64,000 nucleotides of DNA from Acutalibacteraceae bacterium (GTDB lineage: Bacteria > Bacillota > Clostridia > Oscillospirales > Acutalibacteraceae), in contig JAZRSU010000023.1 of assembly GCA_045651645.1 (NCBI GenBank), positions 16,175 to 80,174 of the forward strand, given 5' to 3'. Shown piece by piece: positions 53,836 to 61,289 of this stretch. A program made the translations under genes and the position numbers. Position 1 is the first letter of the stretch; every line of letters begins with the position of its first letter. The notes under the pieces were generated by a model, which did no database searches, was not told the origin of the DNA, and worked only from the letters and a program-made list of their open reading frames with translations.

Positions 53836-54768
53836 ATGGTTTGTAACAATATTCTCGAGGCAATCGGCAACACACCGATAATCAGGCTTTCTCATATGGG
53901 TGACCCTGACGGTGCTGAAATTCTCGTAAAGTTCGAGGGTCTTAATGTAGGCGGCAGTATCAAGACAAGAACTGCTTACAATATGATTCTTGATGCCGAA
54001 GCTAAAGGTCTCATAAATGAAAATACAACAATAGTCGAGCCTACAAGCGGCAATCAGGGCATCGGTCTTGCGCTTGTCGGTGCTGTAAGAGGCTACAAGA
54101 CTGTTATCATTATGCCCGACTCCGTCAGTGAAGAGCGCAGAAAGCTCGTTGAGCACTACGGTGCAAGCGTTCTGCTTGTGCACGATGCAGGTAACATCGG
54201 TGACTGTATTGAGGAGTGTCTTAACCTTGCTCTCAAGATGAAGGAAGAGGATGAAAACGTATTTGTACCTCAGCAGTTTGAAAACCCTGCAAACGTTGCA
54301 ATTCAGCGCAGCCGTACAGGTGTTGAGATTCTTGAGCAGGTTAATGCTCCGATTCACGGCTTCTGTTCAGGTATCGGCACAGGCGGCACAATTACAGGTA
54401 TCGGTGAAACTCTTAAAGCAGCTAACCCCGATATGGAAATCTGGGCTGTTGAGCCTGCACACGCAGCTATTCTTTCAGGCGGCTCAATCGGTACACACGT
54501 ACAGATGGGCATCGGCGACGGTCTTATTCCTGCAATTCTCAACACAGAGATTTATGATGATATCTGCATTATAAACGACGATGAGGCACTTCAGACTTCA
54601 CGTGACCTCGCATCAAAAGAGGGTATCCTCTGCGGTATCTCAAGCGGTACAAACGTTGCTGCCGCAATCAAGCTTGCAAAGAAGCTCGGTAAGGGTAAGA
54701 CTGTTGTAACAGTACTTCCCGACACTGCAGAGAGATATTTCTCAACTCCTCTTTTTACAGAGAAATAA
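53836..54768 (+). CDS. cysK: Cysteine synthase A (O-acetylserine sulfhydrylase)
   Basis: ILEAIGNTPIIRL ... EGLNVGGSIKTRTAYNMI ... EPTSGNQGIGLA ... GIGTGGTITG. ATG 53836 follows GAAGGTGA, so I prefer it to the start at 53776. Confidence 0.9.
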   Translation: MVCNNILEAIGNTPIIRLSHMGDPDGAEILVKFEGLNVGGSIKTRTAYNMILDAEAKGLINENTTIVEPTSGNQGIGLALVGAVRGYKTVIIMPDSVSEERRKLVEHYGASVLLVHDAGNIGDCIEECLNLALKMKEEDENVFVPQQFENPANVAIQRSRTGVEILEQVNAPIHGFCSGIGTGGTITGIGETLKAANPDMEIWAVEPAHAAILSGGSIGTHVQMGIGDGLIPAILNTEIYDDICIINDDEALQTSRDLASKEGILCGISSGTNVAAAIKLAKKLGKGKTVVTVLPDTAERYFSTPLFTEK

Positions 54769-54777
54769 GCAACAAAC

Positions 54778-54826
54778 AAAGCGGAATGCAAGGTTAAATC
54801 CTGTGCAATCCGCTTTTATTTTTATC
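54778..54826. terminator. Terminator between cysK (+) and recG (-); sequence-related to the 52313 terminator
   Basis: AAAGCGGAATGCAAGG, loop TTAAAT, CCTGTGCAATCCGCTTT, then TTATTTTTAT. The stem is imperfect (one mismatch, one bulge). Confidence 0.7.
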
Positions 54827-54849
54827 GTTATTATTTAATTGGTCCGGTT

Positions 54850-56892
54850 TTAATTCATACCTTGCGGCCCTACAGTTTCATAAAGTTCAAGCACTGCTCT
54901 CTTGAGCGGTGCATTTTTTTCGCTACGAAGTGCAGGGTCAAGGTCAAGCGTTTCCTTTGCGGCACGCTGTGCCTGCTTTAAAAGCTCCATATCGCTCGAA
55001 AGGTCGGCAATTTTCATTTCGGGCAGACCGTGCTGACGTGCACCGAAGAAATCACCGGGGCCTCTGAGCTTCAGGTCCTCGTCGGCAATCTCAAATCCGT
55101 TTGTGGTTTTGCACATTGTTTTCAGTCTGTGATGTGCGGTTTTACCCTTTGCGTCAGATATGAGTATGCAGGTTGATTTGTGCTCGCCTCTGCCTACTCT
55201 GCCTCGGAGCTGATGAAGCTGTGAAAGACCGAATCGCTCTGCGTTTTCTATAACCATTATTACGCTGTTTGGTACGTCGACACCAACCTCAACAACGGTA
55301 GTTGAAACGAGAAGCTGTATATTGCCTGCGGCAAATTCACGCATAACTTCGTCTTTTTCAGCGGCTTTCATTTTGCCGTGAAGCAGACCTACAGTGTAGC
55401 CTTTAAAATCTTCATTACGCAGTTTTTCGGCAACCTCTTCTGCGGCTTTCAGCTCGCTGACGTCGCTCTCTTCAACAAGGGGACAGATTATGTAGCCCTG
55501 CCTGCCCTCATCAAGGTGTTTTTTAACGTAGCCGTAGGCACGCTGTCTGATTTCTGAATCTATTGCAAAGGTTTCAATTTTCTGTCTGCCTGCAGGCAGT
55601 TCATCAAGAATTGAAATATCAAGGTCGCCGTAAATGATAAGTGCAAGCGTACGGGGGATAGGTGTTGCAGACATAACGAGCGTGTGGGGGTTAAGTCCCT
55701 TACCGCCGAGTGCCGAACGCTGACCGACACCGAAACGGTGCTGTTCATCCGTTACGACAAGACCGAGATTTTTAAACTGAACGTCTTTTTGTATCAGTGC
55801 GTGTGTGCCGATTACAAGGTCGGTTTCACCTGAAAGCAAGCCCTCTTTTATCCGTTTTTTCTCTTTTGCGGGTGTTGAGCCTACGAGAAGCTCGACACGA
55901 AGGTCGGTGCTTTCGAGGAGCTTGCAGAACGTACGGTAGTGCTGTGCAGCAAGAATTTCAGTCGGTGCCATTATCGCACACTGGAACGAGTTTGCGGCAC
56001 AGGTGTGTGCAACAGCCGCCGCAACCGCAGTTTTACCCGAGCCTACGTCGCCCTGAAGCAGTCTGTTCATCGGCTGAGGCTTTTTCATATCCTCTATTGC
56101 TTCGCTTACGGCACGCTTTTGTGCACCTGTAGGTGAGAAGGGGAGGAGACTGAAGAATTCCTCCGAGCAGTCTTTTTTTATCTGACAGCCTGCCTGCTTG
56201 CGGTTTCTGCCGCGAAGAAGCATCATACCCGTCTGCAGTACGTACAGCTCCTCAAAGCTGAGTCTGCGGCGAGCCGTCATAACGTCTGCTTCGGTTTTCG
56301 GGAAATGTATTTTTTTAAGTGCAGATCTGTAGTCGCACAGTGCGTATTTATTTCTTATATCCGTACTCAGTACGTCGGGCGGCAACTCCTCAATGCTGTC
56401 GAGTGCACGGCGTACACAGCCCTCAATCATACGGGATGAGAGCGACATTGTCTGCGGATAAATCGGTCGTATTCTTTCGCCTGTAGTTGTTTTTTCAATC
56501 TGTGGGTTGAGCATTTCACGGCTGTAACCGTTTTGCTGTATTCTGCCGAAGAAAAGATATTCTTCGCCCTCTTCAAGCTTTTCGGCGGCAAAGCGGTTGT
56601 TGAAGATTGTTATCTTCATTATGTTTTCGCCGTCTGTTGCCTGCGTTTTATATATCGTCATACCCTTGCGTACAAGTGCGTGACTGACGGGTGAGCAGAC
56701 CATTGCTTTGATACAACACTGTTCACCGGGCACTGCACCGAGAATTGTCGTTACCTTGCTCCAATCCTCGTAAGCACGCGGAAAAAGGCGCACAAGGGAG
56801 CCGATGTCAGCCACACCAAGCCGCCTGAACAGCTTGGCACGGGCTTCACCGACTCCCTTGAGATATTTGATATCGCTTGAAAAGTTAAGCAT
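54850..56892 (-). CDS. recG: ATP-dependent DNA helicase RecG
   Basis: IKYLKGVGEARAKLF wedge domain, helicase motif I GDVGSGKTAVA, DEQHRFG, and C-terminal motifs LHGKM and QLRGRVGRG. ATG 56892 (MLNFSS) is preferred to TTG 56907. Confidence 0.92.
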   Translation of the reverse strand: MLNFSSDIKYLKGVGEARAKLFRRLGVADIGSLVRLFPRAYEDWSKVTTILGAVPGEQCCIKAMVCSPVSHALVRKGMTIYKTQATDGENIMKITIFNNRFAAEKLEEGEEYLFFGRIQQNGYSREMLNPQIEKTTTGERIRPIYPQTMSLSSRMIEGCVRRALDSIEELPPDVLSTDIRNKYALCDYRSALKKIHFPKTEADVMTARRRLSFEELYVLQTGMMLLRGRNRKQAGCQIKKDCSEEFFSLLPFSPTGAQKRAVSEAIEDMKKPQPMNRLLQGDVGSGKTAVAAAVAHTCAANSFQCAIMAPTEILAAQHYRTFCKLLESTDLRVELLVGSTPAKEKKRIKEGLLSGETDLVIGTHALIQKDVQFKNLGLVVTDEQHRFGVGQRSALGGKGLNPHTLVMSATPIPRTLALIIYGDLDISILDELPAGRQKIETFAIDSEIRQRAYGYVKKHLDEGRQGYIICPLVEESDVSELKAAEEVAEKLRNEDFKGYTVGLLHGKMKAAEKDEVMREFAAGNIQLLVSTTVVEVGVDVPNSVIMVIENAERFGLSQLHQLRGRVGRGEHKSTCILISDAKGKTAHHRLKTMCKTTNGFEIADEDLKLRGPGDFFGARQHGLPEMKIADLSSDMELLKQAQRAAKETLDLDPALRSEKNAPLKRAVLELYETVGPQGMN

Positions 56893-56893
56893 T

Positions 56894-58543
56894 TTATTCA
56901 ACCGCAATCGTGAAATAGTATATCGGCTGACCGCCGGGAATTACGGCAATTTCAGCATCGTGACAGCGTGAAGCTATCATGGCGCTGAGTGCTTCTGCCT
57001 GCTCCTCATTGGAGTCAGTGCCGTAGTAAATCGTAATCATTGAAGCACCAAGCTTCTTGTAAAGGCGGCGTGCAACCTTGTAGCCTGCCTTTATCGGGTC
57101 GTGCTCGAGTACGGTTATCTTGCCTTCCTCCATACCGAGAATCTGACCCTTGCGCACACGTTGATTGTTGACCTCACTGTCGCGTGCGGCAAAGGTGACA
57201 AGACCTGTGCCGACTCTGCCTGCAGCTTTCATCATTTCAAGATGATTCTTTTCTGCGGGCTGAGTTTCGTCAAAGTTGAGCATTGCGGCAATACCCTGAG
57301 GCACTGTCTTTGTGTGAAGCACGCTGATGCCTTTTTCACAAAGCGGCACAACCTGCTCAGCCGCCATTATGATATTCTTGTTGTTTGGCAGTATGAAAAC
57401 GTGCTCGGCAGGTGTTGCAAGTACGGCACGGAGAATATCTTCCGTACTCGGGTTCATTGTCTGACCGCCGCTTACAATCTGGTCTGCACCGAGCTGGCTG
57501 AACATTTCTTCAAAGCCTTCGCCTGCACATACTGCAACAAAGCCGAACTGCTTTTCGATTTCTGCAACCTGAGGCTCTTCTTCCTTCTGTTCGGGAAGCT
57601 GTGTCTGCTCGATTACGTTGTTGCTGTGCTGATAGCGCATATTGTCGATTTTAATGTTGACAAGTGCACCGTATTTAAGACCCGCCTGAATTGCATTACC
57701 GGGGTCATTCGAATGAACGTGCACTTTTATAATTTCATCGTCATCAACAACCACTACGCAGTCGCCGATTGTTTCGAGATATGCACGGAGCTTTACCGCA
57801 TCGGTAGGCTCGGGGTTTACTCTGTTGACAATAAACTCGGTACAGTAGCCGAATTTTATCTCTTCATTTACCGTAGCTGTGGCAGATACGGTCTGTACGG
57901 GTGCTACGGGATTATCGCCCGAAGAAATTATACCCTCGCCTTTGAATACGCTGAGCATACCCTGCATTACAAGCAGAAGACCCTGACCACCTGCATCGAC
58001 AACGCCTGCTTTTTTAAGCTGAGGAAGAAGCTCGGGTGTTCTGTCGAGTGACTCTTTTGCCGCCAGACAGGCTTTCTCCCAAAGTTCAACAGGGTCAATA
58101 TTGTTTTTGACAAGCCTTTCGGCTGCTTCGCCCGATTCGCGTATAACGGTGAGGATTGTACCCTCTGTGGGTTTCATAACTGCACCGTATGCGGATTTTG
58201 CACCCTCTTCAAGTGCTTTTGCGAGAGCCTTTGCATCAATTTCGGCAAGGTCTTTGAGTGCCTTTGAGAAGCCTCTGAAAATGAGCGAGAGAATAACGCC
58301 CGAGTTGCCTCTTGCACCTCTGAGCAGTGCAGAAGCGGCTTTGCCTGCAACCTCACCTGCAGGTAGACCTTCAGGCAGAATTGCAAGCTCTCTTGCGGCG
58401 GCACGCATTGTCATAGACATATTGGTGCCTGTATCACCGTCGGGCACGGGGAATACGTTGAGCGCGTCGACAGCGGTTTTGCTGTTATCTATATTATTGG
58501 CTGCGGATATAATGGCATCACGCAGAATGTTACCGTTAATCAC
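56894..58543 (-). CDS. yloV: DAK2 domain fusion protein YloV
   Basis: N-terminal DAK2 motifs (LNVFPVPDGDTGTNM, RGNSGVILS) plus a C-terminal DegV-like/YloV domain. GTG start follows GAGG. Conserved asp23-yloV-recG order. Confidence 0.85.
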   Translation of the reverse strand: MINGNILRDAIISAANNIDNSKTAVDALNVFPVPDGDTGTNMSMTMRAAARELAILPEGLPAGEVAGKAASALLRGARGNSGVILSLIFRGFSKALKDLAEIDAKALAKALEEGAKSAYGAVMKPTEGTILTVIRESGEAAERLVKNNIDPVELWEKACLAAKESLDRTPELLPQLKKAGVVDAGGQGLLLVMQGMLSVFKGEGIISSGDNPVAPVQTVSATATVNEEIKFGYCTEFIVNRVNPEPTDAVKLRAYLETIGDCVVVVDDDEIIKVHVHSNDPGNAIQAGLKYGALVNIKIDNMRYQHSNNVIEQTQLPEQKEEEPQVAEIEKQFGFVAVCAGEGFEEMFSQLGADQIVSGGQTMNPSTEDILRAVLATPAEHVFILPNNKNIIMAAEQVVPLCEKGISVLHTKTVPQGIAAMLNFDETQPAEKNHLEMMKAAGRVGTGLVTFAARDSEVNNQRVRKGQILGMEEGKITVLEHDPIKAGYKVARRLYKKLGASMITIYYGTDSNEEQAEALSAMIASRCHDAEIAVIPGGQPIYYFTIAVE

Positions 58544-58555
58544 TTTTCAGTTACC

Positions 58556-58915
58556 TCAGCTTTCTGCCTTCATACCGTCAACAAATACTTTTATTTTTGC
58601 AACCTGCATACCCGTTGCTTCTTCGACGGTGTATTTTACTTTGTTTGTTATGCTCTGACAAATTGCATTTATGTTAAGGCCGTAGGTTACGATTATGTGC
58701 AGTTCGATAAGCAGACTGTTGCCGGTCTTCTGCACCAGAACACCCTGATCGGGGAAAATAAGGCCTTTCTTCAGAAATGCACGAAGCTGCTGACGTGTGT
58801 TGGAATTAGCCATACCTACAACGCCGAAGCAGGAAGATACTGTGTTACCTATAAGGTTGGCAAAATAGGTTTCGTTTATTTCTATTGTGCCCATATGGTT
58901 TTCAGTCTTAATCAT
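58556..58915 (-). CDS. Asp23/Gls24-family envelope stress (alkaline shock) protein
   Basis: GTIEINETYFANLIGNTVSSCFGVVGMA ... VTYGLNINAICQSITNKVKYTVEEATGMQVAKIKVFVDG. ATG 58915 follows GGAGG. Confidence 0.85.
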   Translation of the reverse strand: MIKTENHMGTIEINETYFANLIGNTVSSCFGVVGMANSNTRQQLRAFLKKGLIFPDQGVLVQKTGNSLLIELHIIVTYGLNINAICQSITNKVKYTVEEATGMQVAKIKVFVDGMKAES

Positions 58916-60507
58916 TTTGTTCCCTCCGTTTTTACAGACCACGTGTCTATATTATAGAAATTATCGTAGCAGGTACCGCTGATCTGTGATGAGAAATCAC
59001 GTGAGTATACTTCAACTCCGCAGCGGTAGCATACGGGAATAAACGGCATTTCAGATTCGAAGAATCTGCAGAAATCGGACATTGAAAGTGAGCCCGAAAG
59101 CAGTGTTCTGTACTCATCGAGACCGAGTGTGAACTCTCTTTCATTTTCGTCTGCAAAACGCAGAGCAGAGTTCACAGTACTACCCGGAGTAAAGAACTGA
59201 GAAATATTCATATTTGCGGGTACTTTTATTTCGCCAAGGTACATCTCAAAGTTACCCTCAGCTATTGCAGCTTTATATTCCTTGTAAGAAAGCTCGATGA
59301 TTTTCACGTTGAAATTGAGCTTTGCAAGCTGCTCTTTAATCTGCTGTGCGGCGGCAAGCTTGAAATAGTTATCCTTGCATACGGTAAGTGTGCAGGTCAG
59401 ACTCTTTGAAGAACTGCAACGGTAACCGTAATGGTTGATTGAGGTGTAGCCTGCTTGCTCGAGAATTGCTTTTGCGGCATCGGTATTTGCAGAAGTCTTA
59501 CCGCTGAGCGGTACGTTTTTCATAACGCTCCAGGAAGGATTGAAGGGGACTACGGCTGATACAGCGTGACCCTGGAAACCCTGTGAGCTTATTGCGTCAC
59601 GGTCAAGCATTATTGACATCGCACGGCGTACGGCATTCTCGGTGAAAATTGATTTGTCATCGTTGAATGCAAGGTAAACAAGGCTGTTTGACGGAACTAC
59701 GGAAAGACCTGCGTTTACTCTTGTATACTGGCCTGATGAAAGGTCGTTATACCAGTAATCGTAGTTGCCTATCTGCAGACCGTAAGCCATACCGTCGGAG
59801 TCGTTTACCTCAAACAGATTGATTGTGCCCACCGACAGCGTTTCGCTTCTGTTGCAGTAAGAGTTGGGCACAAGTGTTGCAGAGGGGATAGCGCCGTTTA
59901 TCACGTACCTGCCTGCACCTGTAGGGGGTATTATATCGAACAGATTGTCCTCATCACCCAGTGACTGTACGGTGCCTTTTTTGACAATCGGAAAATCGAG
60001 GCTTGCAAGTGCGTTGAAGTCTGCAGAGCGAAGCTCGAAGCTTACGGTGTTGCCTGAAGCGGCAACAGACCTGATATTTGAAAGGCGGGCAGAATAGTAA
60101 CTGCTTGCCTTTGCTTTTTCGTATGAATAAGTTACGTCATCTGCTGTGATTGCAGAACCGTCAGAGAAACGCACACCGCTCCTGAGAGTTACGCTCAGCA
60201 GATTATCGCTGTTTGAATAGCCGCTTATTAGCAGAGGCTGAGCAGTGAAGTTTTCGTCAATATAAACAAGTCCGTCATAGAGAAGTGTTACGAGTGAGCG
60301 GTTGACGGAGCTGATGTCCTTGAACGGGTCAAGCGTATCGTTATGAGCTATCGGAAGCGTGATGCTGTATTTCGGTGCAGGTGTTGCCGTCTGCGAATCT
60401 GACGGAGTTTCGTCTTTGCCGCCGTCGGATTTGTCGGAGCAGGCACAAAGAGAAAAAACAGCCGCTAAAGCTAACAGCACGCTTATTATTTTATGAGCCT
60501 TTTTCAT
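58912..60507 (-). CDS. Family-5 (oligopeptide/nickel-type) ABC transporter substrate-binding lipoprotein, orphan (no permease genes adjacent)
   Basis: Lipobox LALAAVFSLCAC. SBP_bac_5-like length and motifs (TLPIAHNDTLDPF ... VTFELRS ... GAGRYV). Confidence 0.65.
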   Translation of the reverse strand: MKKAHKIISVLLALAAVFSLCACSDKSDGGKDETPSDSQTATPAPKYSITLPIAHNDTLDPFKDISSVNRSLVTLLYDGLVYIDENFTAQPLLISGYSNSDNLLSVTLRSGVRFSDGSAITADDVTYSYEKAKASSYYSARLSNIRSVAASGNTVSFELRSADFNALASLDFPIVKKGTVQSLGDEDNLFDIIPPTGAGRYVINGAIPSATLVPNSYCNRSETLSVGTINLFEVNDSDGMAYGLQIGNYDYWYNDLSSGQYTRVNAGLSVVPSNSLVYLAFNDDKSIFTENAVRRAMSIMLDRDAISSQGFQGHAVSAVVPFNPSWSVMKNVPLSGKTSANTDAAKAILEQAGYTSINHYGYRCSSSKSLTCTLTVCKDNYFKLAAAQQIKEQLAKLNFNVKIIELSYKEYKAAIAEGNFEMYLGEIKVPANMNISQFFTPGSTVNSALRFADENEREFTLGLDEYRTLLSGSLSMSDFCRFFESEMPFIPVCYRCGVEVYSRDFSSQISGTCYDNFYNIDTWSVKTEGTK

Positions 60508-60510
60508 AAA

Positions 60511-61281
60511 CTATCCTCTGATGTTGATTCTTTCTACACTTACGGTTTTGCCGCTCTGCTTGTCAATTTCAAACAGACAGGCGTTGAGCATACATTCACC
60601 CTCGTTATTGTCAAAACGGTTGGGCATATTTGTTTTGAGCTTGTTTATAATAATCTGCGGAGTTACACCGAGTACGGACTGTACGGTACCCGTCATACCA
60701 AGGTCGGTGATGTAACCCGTACCATCGGGCAGAATCTGCTCATCGGCAGTCTGTACGTGGGTATGTGTGCCGAAAACAGCACTTACTCTGCCGTCAAGAT
60801 AAAAGCCGAGTGCACGCTTTTCGCCTGTAGCTTCTGCGTGAAAATCCACAAGCTTTATGCGGCAGTCTTTTATCTCTTCAAGGCACTTGTCAACACAGGT
60901 GAACGGATTGTCACCGTCCATAAAAGCGTTGCCTGCAAGGTTAATAACACCGATTTTGACACTGCCCATATCTGCAACGGCAAAGCCTTTGCCGGGGTTG
61001 CCTGCATAGTAGTTTGCAGGGCGAATTATGTCGCGGCAGGTGTCAAGCCTTTCGTATATTTCACGTCGGCGGAAAACGTGATTGCCTGTAGTAATCAGGT
61101 CGGCGCCGCATTCAAACAGAGTGTCGGCAGACTGCGGAGTTATTCCGTTACCTGCGGCTGAATTTTCACCGTTTACAATACAGAAATCGACGTTGTATTG
61201 CTTTTTTATTGTAGGCAGACGGCGGCGCAGATATTCGCAGCCGGGCACGCCGACAACGTCGCCGATAGCAAGTATATTCAT
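60511..61281 (-). CDS. ymdB: YmdB-family (TIGR00282) metallophosphoesterase / 2',3'-cyclic-nucleotide phosphodiesterase
   Basis: MNILAIGDVVG ... FCIVNGENSAAGNGIT ... ITTGNHVF ... DFHAEATGEK ... GTHTHVQTADEQILP. ATG 61281 is preferred to GTG 61293. Confidence 0.9.
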   Translation of the reverse strand: MNILAIGDVVGVPGCEYLRRRLPTIKKQYNVDFCIVNGENSAAGNGITPQSADTLFECGADLITTGNHVFRRREIYERLDTCRDIIRPANYYAGNPGKGFAVADMGSVKIGVINLAGNAFMDGDNPFTCVDKCLEEIKDCRIKLVDFHAEATGEKRALGFYLDGRVSAVFGTHTHVQTADEQILPDGTGYITDLGMTGTVQSVLGVTPQIIINKLKTNMPNRFDNNEGECMLNACLFEIDKQSGKTVSVERINIRG

Positions 61282-61289
61282 TGTGTCGG

